A model generated the notes under the pieces. That model worked only from the letters and a program-made list of their open reading frames with translations, did not search any database and had not been told where the DNA came from. From an uncultured Gemmatimonadales bacterium (GTDB lineage Bacteria; Gemmatimonadota; Gemmatimonadetes; Longimicrobiales; RSA9), in contig OY970192.1 of assembly GCA_963708135.1 (NCBI GenBank), forward strand, positions 2,016,001-2,080,000: a stretch of 64,000 nucleotides of DNA. The letters run 5' to 3'. This document shows positions 39,058 to 51,911 of the stretch, in pieces (within the stretch, counting starts at the first letter, position 1; every line of letters begins with the position of its first letter). A program made the translations under genes and the position numbers.

Positions 39058-40364
39058 GGCAGCTGGACCTCCGTGGCAAGGGTCACCACCAGGCGCAGAC
39101 GCGGCGCCGCCGCACCCGCGGAGAGCGGGGCGAACGCGGCGAACCCGAAGTAGCCGCCCTCCGCCGGAGGCAGCAGCACGAGCACGTTGGGCGGCGCCGC
39201 GCTCGAGCCGGCCACCGTCGTATCCGCCACCAGGCTGGTGATGAGCGGCGTGATCGGCAGCTCGACGCGGCCGTCGGTGCCACCCTCCTCGAAACGCGAG
39301 GACGGGATCGTGTCCCGCATCAGCCCGACCACGCCACCGAGCGGCGAGCGGCTCAGCGGGATCAGCGGCGAGGTCTCCGCCTGGCGCCCGTAGATCTGGA
39401 CCCGCTGCGTCGGCCGGTAGCCCGGCGGCGGCGCGACGGGCTGGAGCAGCAGCGCGGCGTAGTTGATGGTGGCATCCTTCAGCGCCACCGTGCACCCGCC
39501 GTCGCCGCCCGGGCACGGCAGGACCAACGAGCGCAGCTCGCGCTTCAACTCGAGGAACGAGCGCCACGCCTGGATGCCGCCGACCCGCAGGTTTGAGGAC
39601 GGCGGCGGCGGCGGCGTGTAGATGAACGTGCCGCTCGTCACCGTCCCGGCCGTCACGATGGTGTCCGTCCGGATCGACGGGTGAGCGTTCACCGTCAGCG
39701 AGATGCTCGCGGCGCGCAGGCGCACGTCAGGCGTGGTGGCCGCCAGCAGCAGCCCCGCGGCCGCGTTGCTCGTATCGGCGAGCGTGTGGATCGTGGCGGA
39801 GTCCAGCGCGAAGACGGCCGAGTCGCCCTCCGTGGGCGCGAAGACGGCCGTGTCCAGCACCGGGCCGTGGCTGCCGCCCGGCGTCGTCCAGGACAGCGAT
39901 TCCCCCGTGCTGTCCACGCGCAGCGTCCACGACACCGTGGACCGGTCCCAGTGCTCGGTCGTGGGATACACGGCCAGCGTGGTCGGGCCGGGCACCCGCG
40001 AGGTGGCCGTGTCGAAGTGCACCACGAGGGTGCCGTCCGCGAAGCTGGGCAGCGTGTCCGTCTGCAGGTTGCCCGAGGCGTCACGCACGCTGACGGAGAC
40101 GGGGAACAGGAAGTGGAGGAGCGTGTGCGCCTCGACCCCGCCGAACTCGTGGGCCACCAGCTGGAACGCCGCGTTCGATGTGCGGATGTAGCCCGAGAAC
40201 GCCGTGTCCGACGCGAGGAACTGCAATGCGTCCAGGTCGAACTCGAAGCTGCGCAGCGCCCCGCCCGGGATCAGCTCGCCGCCGACTCCCGTCGGCTCGT
40301 CCCGACCGCACGCACCCAGCGCCAGCGCCCCCAGCAGGATCCCGCACAGAAGGCCGCGCGTCAT
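39054..40364 (-). CDS. hypothetical lipoprotein
   Basis: LALGAC lipobox; Thr/Ser-rich beta-type sequence; internal CPGGDGGC; ATGA overlap with the barrel gene. Confidence 0.8.
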   Translation of the reverse strand: MTRGLLCGILLGALALGACGRDEPTGVGGELIPGGALRSFEFDLDALQFLASDTAFSGYIRTSNAAFQLVAHEFGGVEAHTLLHFLFPVSVSVRDASGNLQTDTLPSFADGTLVVHFDTATSRVPGPTTLAVYPTTEHWDRSTVSWTLRVDSTGESLSWTTPGGSHGPVLDTAVFAPTEGDSAVFALDSATIHTLADTSNAAAGLLLAATTPDVRLRAASISLTVNAHPSIRTDTIVTAGTVTSGTFIYTPPPPPSSNLRVGGIQAWRSFLELKRELRSLVLPCPGGDGGCTVALKDATINYAALLLQPVAPPPGYRPTQRVQIYGRQAETSPLIPLSRSPLGGVVGLMRDTIPSSRFEEGGTDGRVELPITPLITSLVADTTVAGSSAAPPNVLVLLPPAEGGYFGFAAFAPLSAGAAAPRLRLVVTLATEVQLP

Positions 40365-40415
40365 CGTGCGCCCCGCCTCCCCACCACCCTGGAATGATAC
40401 GTCAAGAGCACGCGC

Positions 40416-40814
40416 TCACCTTTCTCCGCTCTCAAGCCTGAAAGCCTCCGGCAACAGGGCGCTTAGCGTCCACGACGCCAGCGAGCCGTTCTCGCCCACC
40501 GAGATCACCTCGAGCCCGGGCGCAAGCTCGGCCAGCACCTGCCGGCACACGCCGCACGGAGCGACGGGCTCCGGGGCGTCCGCCACGATCGCGATGCGGC
40601 GGAACGAGCGCGCGCCCGCGGCCACCGCCGTCCCCACGGCCACCCGCTCGGCGCACACCGTGGCGGAGTACGACGCGTTCTCCACGTTGCACCCGCCGTA
40701 GACCGTGCCGTCCTCCGCCTCGAGCGCGCACCCGACACGGAAGCCCGAGTAGGGCGCGTAAGCTCGCTCCCGCGCCGCGCGCGCCGCCTCGACCAGCCCC
40801 TCACTCCCCGCCAT
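40416..40814 (-). CDS. cdd: cytidine deaminase
   Basis: [33 protein letters not shown] (homotetrameric type). Confidence 0.95.
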   Translation of the reverse strand: MAGSEGLVEAARAARERAYAPYSGFRVGCALEAEDGTVYGGCNVENASYSATVCAERVAVGTAVAAGARSFRRIAIVADAPEPVAPCGVCRQVLAELAPGLEVISVGENGSLASWTLSALLPEAFRLESGER

Positions 40815-41946
40815 GGGCACCCCGCTCCACCCGCGGCAGCCGCCGCGTGAGTCCCGTCAGGATCTCGTAACCGATCGTCCCCGCCTGCGCGGCCACGTCG
40901 TCGAGCCGCAGCGCCTCGCCGCCGTCCTCGCCGATGAACGTGGCCACATCCCCCTCCCGCACTTCCGGCACGTCGCTGATGTCTACCACGGTCATGTCCA
41001 TGGAGATCCGTCCCACAATCGGCACCCTTCTTCCCGCCACCAGCGCCGAACCGCGGTTCGACAGGCTGCGCGGCAGGCCGTCCCCGTAGCCGATCGCCAC
41101 CGTGGCCCACCGCTCCCAGCCGCGCGCCTTGTGCGTCGCGCCGTAGCCGACCGTCGTTGCGGGCGGAACCTCGCGGACGAGCACGATGCGCGCTCGCACC
41201 GCCGCTACCGGCCGCGGCGCGGGCACGCCCGCCACCCCCGGCGCGGGATGGCCCCCGTACAGGAAGATCCCGGGACGGTAGCCATCCGCCACATAGGCCG
41301 GAAAGCGGAGCGCCGCCGCGCTGTTGCACGCGTGGACCATCAGGTCCTCCCGCGAGACCGGCAGCTGCGCCAGCGCATCGTTCAGCCGCTTCCACTGCGT
41401 CGCCGTCGGCGCCGCCTCGGCCGCGTCTGCGCCGTGGAAGTGCGTGAACACCCCCGTCCACCTCAGCCGCGGGCCCACCAGCGACTTCACCGCCTCGCCC
41501 CAGCGCGCCGTGTCCCGCCAGTCGAAGCCCGCCCGCCCCATCCCCGTGTCGATCTCGACGTGAAAGTCGAGCGGCCTCGGCGCCGCCGCGGCCGCCGCCG
41601 CCCAGCGCTCGAGGCCTGCAAGGTCCGAGATCGTCGCCGTGAGCCCCGCCGCCGCCGCCTGCGCCACCGCCTGTGGCGGCAGCGGCCCGAAGATCACGAC
41701 GGGCCGCTCCACCCCGTAGCTCCGCAGCGCCACGCCCTCCGCCGCCGCCGCCACGCCGTACCCCCATGGCGCGAGGGGGTCGAGCGTCCGTACCATCCGC
41801 TCGGCCCCCAGCCCGTACGCGTCCGCCTTCACCATGGCGATGGCCGCCGAGCGCGGCCCCGCGGCGCGGCGCAGCGTCAGGAAATTCTCACGGACCGCGT
41901 CGAGGTCAACATCGATCCAAGCGCGTGATTCTGCGATATTTGACAT
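40801..41946 (-). CDS. alr: alanine racemase
   Basis: [60 protein letters not shown]. Confidence 0.96.
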   Translation of the reverse strand: MSNIAESRAWIDVDLDAVRENFLTLRRAAGPRSAAIAMVKADAYGLGAERMVRTLDPLAPWGYGVAAAAEGVALRSYGVERPVVIFGPLPPQAVAQAAAAGLTATISDLAGLERWAAAAAAAPRPLDFHVEIDTGMGRAGFDWRDTARWGEAVKSLVGPRLRWTGVFTHFHGADAAEAAPTATQWKRLNDALAQLPVSREDLMVHACNSAAALRFPAYVADGYRPGIFLYGGHPAPGVAGVPAPRPVAAVRARIVLVREVPPATTVGYGATHKARGWERWATVAIGYGDGLPRSLSNRGSALVAGRRVPIVGRISMDMTVVDISDVPEVREGDVATFIGEDGGEALRLDDVAAQAGTIGYEILTGLTRRLPRVERGAHGGE

Positions 41947-41993
41947 GCTCGGCAAAGGCCGTTTAACATAGGTGCCCCGTGAACCCATCGCAA
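41940..41993. promoter_or_regulatory. overlapping divergent promoters of alr and mazG
   Basis: plus strand TTGACA(41940)-18 bp-TAACAT(41964-41969); minus strand TTGCGA(41993)-17 bp-TATGTT(41970-41965). Confidence 0.55.
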
Positions 41994-42758
41994 GGCGACC
42001 CGACCCTCGACCGCGCCCTGGCGCTCGTCCGCTTCCTGCGCCGGGAATGCCCCTGGGACGCGGCCCAGACGCCCACTTCGCTGCTCCCCTATCTGCTCGA
42101 GGAAGCCCACGAGGTGGCCGAGTCGGCGGCCGAGGGCGACGACGCCGCCCTGCGCGCCGAGCTCGGCGACCTGCTCCTCAACCTCGCGTTCCAGATCGTG
42201 CTCGCCGAGGAGCGGGGGACCTTCGACGCGGAGGCGGTCGTCGCCGCGCTCGAGGAGAAGATGCGCCGTCGCCATCCGCACCTCTACGGCCTCGGGCCCC
42301 GGCAGGACTGGGAGGTGCTGAAGGCGCGCGAGAAGCTGGACACCGGCTCGGCCTCCGTCCTGCACGGGCTGCCGCGCGGGCTCGATCCCCTCGCCAGGGC
42401 GCACAGGATCCAGGAGAAGGTGAGCGGCGTGGGCTTCGACTGGGCGGACGCCCGCGGGGGCTTCGAGAAGGTCGCGGAGGAGCTCGAGGAGGTGCGCCTC
42501 GCGCTGGAGTCCGAGCCGTCCGCGGCGCTGGAGGAGGAGCTCGGGGACCTGCTCTTCGCGGTCGTGAACCTGACGCGGCTGGCCGGCTCGCACGCCATGG
42601 GGGCGCTGCAGCGGGCGAACCGGAAGTTCACGGGCCGGTTCCAGGCGCTGGAGGCGCTGGCGCGGGAGCGCGGGGTCGAGCTCGGCGCGGCGCCGCTCGA
42701 GGCGCTGGACGCGCTCTGGGACGAGGTCAAGGCGCGTGATCGGGACGGTAGCCCCTGA
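41979..42758 (+). CDS. mazG: nucleoside triphosphate pyrophosphohydrolase MazG
   Basis: LRRECPWD, LEEAHEV, ELGDLL, RRHPH, GFDW, EELGDLLFAVVN, ANRKF. Confidence 0.95.
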   Translation: MNPSQGDPTLDRALALVRFLRRECPWDAAQTPTSLLPYLLEEAHEVAESAAEGDDAALRAELGDLLLNLAFQIVLAEERGTFDAEAVVAALEEKMRRRHPHLYGLGPRQDWEVLKAREKLDTGSASVLHGLPRGLDPLARAHRIQEKVSGVGFDWADARGGFEKVAEELEEVRLALESEPSAALEEELGDLLFAVVNLTRLAGSHAMGALQRANRKFTGRFQALEALARERGVELGAAPLEALDALWDEVKARDRDGSP

Positions 42759-42794
42759 CCGATCCACACCCCCCGGTCTCGATCCTGGGTCTCC

Positions 42795-44093
<1,299 letters not shown>

Positions 44094-44108
44094 TCACCCG
44101 CTCCACAC

Positions 44109-45305
44109 ATGAAGAAGCGACACGCCGCCGCGAGCCGGCTCGCGGCGGGGGGCGAAAAGCTAGAGAGCGCCCGAAAGGGTGTCAATTTCGCGGCCGCGGC
44201 CCTGCTCCTCGCGCTCCTCGGCGCCCCGGGCTGCACCCGTCCGAAGGCGCCACTGCCCAGCCCCCTGCCCGCCGGCCGGTGGCCGACCTACCTCGGCAGC
44301 CAGAGGCGGGACGCGTACGCGCGCGAGGCGGCGCCGGACACGCCGGCAGTGGCGTGGCGCTCGGATGCCGGCGACGGCGTGATCGCCCCCCTCGTGCTCG
44401 ATGGACCGATGCTGTTCGTGCCGTCCACCAACCGGCTGGCTCTCGCGCTCTCCGCGCAGTCCGGAAAGGCCTACTGGACCCGCCTGCTTGCGGGCGCCCC
44501 GACGGGCGGGATGGTCGAGGCGGGTGGCCTGCTTTTCATGGCCACGGAGGGCGGCGCGGGCGGCACCGTCACGGCGCTCCCCGTGGCCGGCGGCAAGGCG
44601 CGCTGGTCGCGCGACGCGCCGTACTCGCCGCACTCGCCGCTGCTGCGGGGGGACACGCTCGTCGTGGCCACGGAGACGGGGGCGGTCATGGCCCTCGCCA
44701 CCGCCGATGGAGCGCTCCTCTGGCGCGCCCGGCTCCCGGCAGGGGTGGCGGCCACACCGATCGGGCTGCCGGGCGGCGGACTCGCGCTGGCGGCCGCGGA
44801 CGACTCCCTCTACGTGCTCGACCCGGAGACGCACGCCATCGCCGCGCGCGCGCCGCTGGGCGGCACGGTATCGGCGGAGCCTACGCTCGCGGGGGACACC
44901 CTCATCGTCCCCCTCGGCACGGGCGACGTCGCGGCGTTCCACGTCCCGGACCTGGCTCCGCTGTGGAGCGCCGCGATCGGCGCGCCCGTGCTGGCCGCCG
45001 TCCAGCCGGGGCCCGACGGCGCCCTCTTCGCCCTGAACGGCTCCGCGGAGCTGTGGCGCATCGAGCCCGGGACGGGAGCGCCGCGGCGGCTCGCGGCGCT
45101 CGGCGGCGCCGCCCGCGGCGCGCTGACACTCACCCGCGACGGCCTGCTCGTGGGCCGCCTCGATGGCACGCTGTTCCTGCTGCGCTTCGATGGGGCGACG
45201 GTCTGGCGGACGACGCTCGATGCCGCGCTCGTCGCGCCCGCCGCCGTGCGTTCGGGTGAGATCTGGGTCCCGCTCCAGAGCGGGGCGGTGGTGAAGCTGC
45301 GCTGA
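44109..45305 (+). CDS. PQQ-like beta-propeller protein (BamB-like), probable lipoprotein
   Basis: AAAALLLALLGAPGC signal; WPTYLGS; repeated ALxxxxGxxxW blade motifs; start uncertain (44109 is the nearest in-frame ATG). Confidence 0.75.
   Translation: MKKRHAAASRLAAGGEKLESARKGVNFAAAALLLALLGAPGCTRPKAPLPSPLPAGRWPTYLGSQRRDAYAREAAPDTPAVAWRSDAGDGVIAPLVLDGPMLFVPSTNRLALALSAQSGKAYWTRLLAGAPTGGMVEAGGLLFMATEGGAGGTVTALPVAGGKARWSRDAPYSPHSPLLRGDTLVVATETGAVMALATADGALLWRARLPAGVAATPIGLPGGGLALAAADDSLYVLDPETHAIAARAPLGGTVSAEPTLAGDTLIVPLGTGDVAAFHVPDLAPLWSAAIGAPVLAAVQPGPDGALFALNGSAELWRIEPGTGAPRRLAALGGAARGALTLTRDGLLVGRLDGTLFLLRFDGATVWRTTLDAALVAPAAVRSGEIWVPLQSGAVVKLR
44125..44148. repeat. perfect 24-bp palindrome in the asnS leader
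   Basis: CCGCCGCGAGCCGGCTCGCGGCGG is its own reverse complement. Confidence 0.85.
44157..44185 (-). promoter_or_regulatory. sigma70-type promoter of asnS
   Basis: TTGACA-17 bp-TAGCTT. Confidence 0.7.
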
Positions 45306-45315
45306 GGGGGCGCCT

Positions 45316-47397
<2,082 letters not shown>

Positions 47398-47413
47398 CGC
47401 GGTGCCGGGCGGG

Positions 47414-48343
47414 TCAGGCGCTGAGCACGGCGCGGGCGAAGGTGTGCGGCTCGAACGTCTCGAGCGCGTCCGGCTCCTCGCCCGTGCCGACGAGCTTCAC
47501 GGGCAGATCGAACTCCTCGCGCAGCGCCACGATGCAGCCGCCCTTCGCGGTGCTGTCGAGCTTGGCCACCACCAGTCCCGTCAGCGGTACGGCCGCGGAG
47601 AACGTTCGGACCTGAGCGAGCGCGTTCTGCCCCACCGTCGCATCCAGCACGAGGAGGGTCTCGTGCGGCGCCCCCTCGACCTTCCGCGCCACGACGCGGT
47701 GCACCTTGCCGAGCTCCGCCATGAGATCGCCCTGCGTGTGCAGCCGCCCGGCCGTATCGATGAGCACGATGTCGGAGCCGCGCGCCAGGGCGGCATCGAT
47801 TGCATCGAAGGCGACCGCCGCCGGGTCCGCCCCCGCCTTGGCCCCGACGAAATCGACGCCCGCGCGATCGGCCCACAGCTTGAGCTGCTCGATCGCCCCG
47901 GCGCGGAAGGTGTCGCCCGCCGCGAGCAGGACGCGGTGGCCCCGCTTCTTCAGCCGGTACGCCAGCTTGCCCGTCGTGGTGGTCTTCCCCACCCCGTTCA
48001 CGCCCAGCATCAGATAGACGCTCGGCCCCTCGCCCCGGCTCAGCTCCAGAGATCCCACTGTCTCGTCCGGTGGCGTCAGGATGCGCACGATCTCCCGCTC
48101 GACCGCCGACCGGAACTCGGACTCCGTGCGCACCTTGCCGCGGCGCGAGAGGTCCTCGACGTACTCCACGAGGCGAGTCGTCGCCGGCACACCGAAGTCG
48201 CTCGCGAGCAGAAGCTCCTCGAGCGCTTCCAGCGAGCCCTGGTCGAGCCCCTTCACGGCGACGGTGACATCCGTCAGCGCGATGTCCTTGATCTTCTGCC
48301 AGAGAGACTTCTTCTCTCCCGACCGCTTCATCAGTCTGGTCAT
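47414..48343 (-). CDS. ftsY: SRP receptor FtsY (short NG-only form)
   Basis: GVNGVGKTTT, DTFRAGA, DTAGR, GQN, KLDSTAKGG, GTGE. Confidence 0.95.
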   Translation of the reverse strand: MTRLMKRSGEKKSLWQKIKDIALTDVTVAVKGLDQGSLEALEELLLASDFGVPATTRLVEYVEDLSRRGKVRTESEFRSAVEREIVRILTPPDETVGSLELSRGEGPSVYLMLGVNGVGKTTTTGKLAYRLKKRGHRVLLAAGDTFRAGAIEQLKLWADRAGVDFVGAKAGADPAAVAFDAIDAALARGSDIVLIDTAGRLHTQGDLMAELGKVHRVVARKVEGAPHETLLVLDATVGQNALAQVRTFSAAVPLTGLVVAKLDSTAKGGCIVALREEFDLPVKLVGTGEEPDALETFEPHTFARAVLSA

Positions 48344-48422
48344 GCGTCTCCGTCTTCGGGAAAGCGACGATTGCTCCGCACTCGGAATACCCCGCTGCCG
48401 AGGGGTTGTCCCCGCGACCGCC

Positions 48423-50420
48423 TCAGCGCAGCCCCCAGCGCCGGCGCAGCACCCACTCGGTGGCGACCAGCAGGACGAGGAGAACGTACGGGATCGGTGT
48501 CGCGTGCAGCGGGATCCCCGGACGGGGGCCCACCTCCTCTCCCGCCACCGGGGTACCCGCCGCGTCGAAGCCGGCCGGCGCAACCAGCGGCCGGATGAGC
48601 TCCGGTGTGTAGGTCTCGACCGTGAACGGCCCCTCCGCCGCGCCCGCCTCCTTGCCGCTGCCGAAGGCGCGCGCCCGGTACCGGTAGTCCCCGGGGGCGA
48701 GCGGACGCAACGCCGCCGTGTCGCCGCGCACGAGCGAGACGGTCGTGTCCAGCGAAAACCCGCCCGCCCCCGTCACCGCGACGGCCACCGAGTCGGCGGC
48801 GAGGCCAGGCGCCACGAAGCGCACCGGCGCGCCGCGCGGGATCACCCGCTCCGCCGCCCGGACGGCCACGCCGGTGGCCGCGCGCGACTCGGCGGTCAGC
48901 CACCCCGCCAGCGCGGACCAGAGGCGCTGGTAGACCTCCCGCGCGTTCCCGCCCCGGAACGCCCACTGCCAGTAGCCGCTCCCCAGCGCGACCACCCAGC
49001 GGCGCCCGCCCTGCTCGCCGGCCACCGCGATCGGCGTGGCGCCGCCGCCCCGGCGGCCGCGGCTGGCCAGGAGCGGGGCCCAGTCCCCCGCCGGCACGCG
49101 TGCCGGACGCAGAGCCTCCAGCGGCGGCAGGTCCTGCACCGCCAGCCCCGCGAGCAGCGGCGCCACCGGGGAAGGCGGCACCTCCGGCGAGGCGAACCAG
49201 TCCCCCGGCGACTCGGCCGGCAGCGAGAGGCCGAGACCGAGGTTCGGCGCGGGATCACCGGGCAGGATCAGCGCGTGAGCGTGCCGCCGCGCGTCCTGCA
49301 GCGCCCAGTCGGGCGAGCTCGCGGACAGGCCGTGGAGCACGACGAGATCCGCGCGGCCGGCTGCCTTCTCGACCTCCGACGCCGCGACCTCGGCACCCGC
49401 GCTCATCCCCGTCCCCAGTGTGATGTAGCGCCCGTTCTGCACGGCGATGAAGCCGCGCACCGGAAGTCCCAGGGCATCCTCGAGGACCGGCTGCAGGAAG
49501 CGCGGCTCCCAGTCCGCGGCGAACGAAACGAGCACGATGCCCGGCGGACGCTCCCCGACGAAGACGTAGAATGGCCGGACATCGTCCTCCGGCACGCTGT
49601 CGCTGCGCTCGAGAGCCGCCTCGAAGCGGACCAGCCCGCCCGCCGCTTCCGCAGCCGGCGTGAGGTCCAGCCCGACCGTGGCCAGGCGCCCCGCGGACGG
49701 CGCCGCGACCCGCGCCCGCGCGAGGACCTTGCCCGCCCGCCGCAGCACGATCGTCGCCGAGTCCGTCGGCGGCGGCGACGTGGTCGAGGCCACGCTCACG
49801 GAGACGCGCAGCGGCTTCCCCGCCTCGCCCCACCCCGGCGCCTCCACGTCCGAGAGCGCCAGGTCCGGCAGCGGCGCCGGAGCCACCGGCACCACCCGGA
49901 GGTCCAGCCCGAGCCGGGTGCGCCAGCGGGCCACCTCCACGCCATCCTGCACTCCGCCGTCCGTGAGCACCACCGCCTCGCGGCTCCCCGTCTCGGACGC
50001 CGACTCCAGCGCGGGGAGCAGCCGCGTCGCCATGTCCGTCGGCCGTGCCCGCGTCAGCGAATCCAGCGAGATCGTGCGCGGCGCCTCGCCGAACAGCATC
50101 ACGCGGCGCGCGCCCAGACGGCGCGCCGCCGCGACCGCGCTGTCCCAGCGCGTAGGGCCGCCCGGGCGCACCGGCAGCGCCATGCTGAGCGACGCATCCA
50201 CCAGCACCGTGCGGCCCGCGCCGCCGGCCCCGATCGCGCGCCGCGCCGGAAGCAGGGGATCGAACAGGAGGAGGAGCACCAGGGCGAGCGTCAGCCAGCG
50301 GAGCGCCGCGAGGACCCCCCGCCCCCGCCCCGCCGCCTCACGGCGGCGGTAGACATACCCCACCACCACTCCCGCCAGAAGGGCCGCCAGCGCGAACAGC
50401 GCCCAGTCGAGAAGGGCCAT
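48423..50420 (-). CDS. membrane protein with vWA/MIDAS-like domain
   Basis: two N-terminal TMs; VLVDASLSM (DxSxS) and VVLTDG; Ig-like middle region; C-terminal TM ending EWVLRRRWGLR. Confidence 0.75.
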   Translation of the reverse strand: MALLDWALFALAALLAGVVVGYVYRRREAAGRGRGVLAALRWLTLALVLLLLFDPLLPARRAIGAGGAGRTVLVDASLSMALPVRPGGPTRWDSAVAAARRLGARRVMLFGEAPRTISLDSLTRARPTDMATRLLPALESASETGSREAVVLTDGGVQDGVEVARWRTRLGLDLRVVPVAPAPLPDLALSDVEAPGWGEAGKPLRVSVSVASTTSPPPTDSATIVLRRAGKVLARARVAAPSAGRLATVGLDLTPAAEAAGGLVRFEAALERSDSVPEDDVRPFYVFVGERPPGIVLVSFAADWEPRFLQPVLEDALGLPVRGFIAVQNGRYITLGTGMSAGAEVAASEVEKAAGRADLVVLHGLSASSPDWALQDARRHAHALILPGDPAPNLGLGLSLPAESPGDWFASPEVPPSPVAPLLAGLAVQDLPPLEALRPARVPAGDWAPLLASRGRRGGGATPIAVAGEQGGRRWVVALGSGYWQWAFRGGNAREVYQRLWSALAGWLTAESRAATGVAVRAAERVIPRGAPVRFVAPGLAADSVAVAVTGAGGFSLDTTVSLVRGDTAALRPLAPGDYRYRARAFGSGKEAGAAEGPFTVETYTPELIRPLVAPAGFDAAGTPVAGEEVGPRPGIPLHATPIPYVLLVLLVATEWVLRRRWGLR

Positions 50421-50426
50421 GAGGCC

Positions 50427-50435
50427 AATATAGCA
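50427..50435 (-). promoter_or_regulatory. extended -10 element, probably giving a leaderless mRNA
   Basis: TGC-TATATT, then 6 nt, then ATG 50420; no Shine-Dalgarno sequence. Confidence 0.5.
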
Positions 50436-50440
50436 TGCAA

Positions 50441-50471
50441 GGAGCCCGCCGGCTCGGGGCCGGCGGGCTCC
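50441..50471 (-). terminator. 13-bp-stem hairpin, probable terminator of the dcw-M23 transcript
   Basis: GGAGCCCGCCGGC-TCGGG-GCCGGCGGGCTCC; weak U tail. Confidence 0.5.
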
Positions 50472-50570
50472 ATCCATCCGCGCACGCCCCCCGCGTACGC
50501 TCACCTCGATTCGGCGTGTCCCGGCCGAATCCGTCCGTCCGGCGCGCCCGTCCCTTCCACCGCCGGCCGG

Positions 50571-51881
50571 CTACCTGCCCTGCGCAGGCGCCGGCGCCTG
50601 TCTCGCTGCTTGCGTGCTGGCCAGCCGGCTTGCCGTCTGCGTGGCCTCCTCCAGCAGCGCGAGGCGCGTCCGCACGACTTCCGCGTACGCCGTCTTCTGC
50701 GCGGCCGCCACGCCCCCCGCCGGCGGCAGGTGCGCCGTGCGCGGGTTCAGTGGCCGGCCGTTCAGCCGGATCTCGTAGTGCAGGTGCGGGCCCGTCGCGA
50801 GCCCCGTCTGCCCCACGTACCCGATCACCTCGCCCTGCTTCACGTGCTCGCCCCGGTGCAGCCCGCGCGCGAACCGGCTGAGGTGGCCGTAGCGCGTCGT
50901 GTACCCCGCCGCGTGCGACAGGATGATCAGATTGCCGTACCCACCCGAGCGGCCATCGAATTTCACCCGCCCGTCCGCCGTCGCCTTGACCGGCGTCCCG
51001 TACGCCGCCCCGAAATCCGTGCCCAGGTGGGCCCGGTAGATCCCCAGGATCGGGTGGTAGCGGTGCCACGCGAAGCTCGACGTGATCCGGACGAAGTTGA
51101 CCGGATAGCGCCGGAACCCCTGCCGCATCGATTGCCCGGCCCGGTCGTAGTAGGAGCCCCCGTCCTTCCCCTCGAACCAGAACGCCACGAAGCTCTTGCC
51201 CTCGTTGTCGATCTCCGACACCAGGATCCGCCGCTTGCGCGCCGTGCCGTCCGGCCGCGCCTCCCGCTCATACACCGCCCGGTAGGTGTCGCCCGGCTGG
51301 ATCTCGTGCGCGAAGTCCAGCTTGTACGCGTAGATCTCCGCCAGATCGTACACGAGCTGGTAGCGCTCCCGCGCCGGTAGATCCAGGTCCTCGTTCTCCG
51401 CGATCGACTCGAACAGCGTCTTGCCTGCCTCGATCCGCCCCGCCACGTACACCGTGTCCGTGTGCGTCGGCGTTACGATCACCCGCCCGTCCCAGCCGCT
51501 CGAGCTCCGGCTCAGCACCACCGTTCTGTCCGCGTTCAGCCGCACTTCCACCGCCCGCGGCTGCCCGTCCGCCGCCCACCTGTGCACCGTGATCTCCGTC
51601 CCCGGCGCCAGCAGCCGCGGATTCTCGTGCTCCCGCAACTCCAGCAGCAGGTCCGCCTGCTCCGCACCCGTGATCGATGCCTCGGCCAGTATGCCCGAGA
51701 GCGTCTCCCCGCGCGTAAGCTCGTGCGTCTCCACCTGCTCCACCGGCCGGGCATACTGCACGCCCAGCGTCGGCGCTGCGGACGGGCCCGGCGCCGTACG
51801 TGCCGGCGCCAACATGGCCACCAGCGCCCACGTCACCGCGCCGATGAAGCCCAACGAGAGGGTGCGTGCCGGGTTCGTCAT
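50571..51881 (-). CDS. M23-family peptidoglycan endopeptidase (MepM-like)
   Basis: RYHPIL...HLGTDF (HxxxD), GYGN, YGHL, ATGPHLHYE (HxH); GGAGG RBS before ATG 51881. Confidence 0.92.
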   Translation of the reverse strand: MTNPARTLSLGFIGAVTWALVAMLAPARTAPGPSAAPTLGVQYARPVEQVETHELTRGETLSGILAEASITGAEQADLLLELREHENPRLLAPGTEITVHRWAADGQPRAVEVRLNADRTVVLSRSSSGWDGRVIVTPTHTDTVYVAGRIEAGKTLFESIAENEDLDLPARERYQLVYDLAEIYAYKLDFAHEIQPGDTYRAVYEREARPDGTARKRRILVSEIDNEGKSFVAFWFEGKDGGSYYDRAGQSMRQGFRRYPVNFVRITSSFAWHRYHPILGIYRAHLGTDFGAAYGTPVKATADGRVKFDGRSGGYGNLIILSHAAGYTTRYGHLSRFARGLHRGEHVKQGEVIGYVGQTGLATGPHLHYEIRLNGRPLNPRTAHLPPAGGVAAAQKTAYAEVVRTRLALLEEATQTASRLASTQAARQAPAPAQGR

Positions 51882-51911
51882 CAAACCTCCAAGCAGCATC
51901 GAGTGCCGGCA

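Noticed and set aside
41979..42758. mazG as part of a toxin-antitoxin or anti-phage system
   Set aside because: It is the ordinary tandem-domain housekeeping type, with no mazEF or defence genes nearby.
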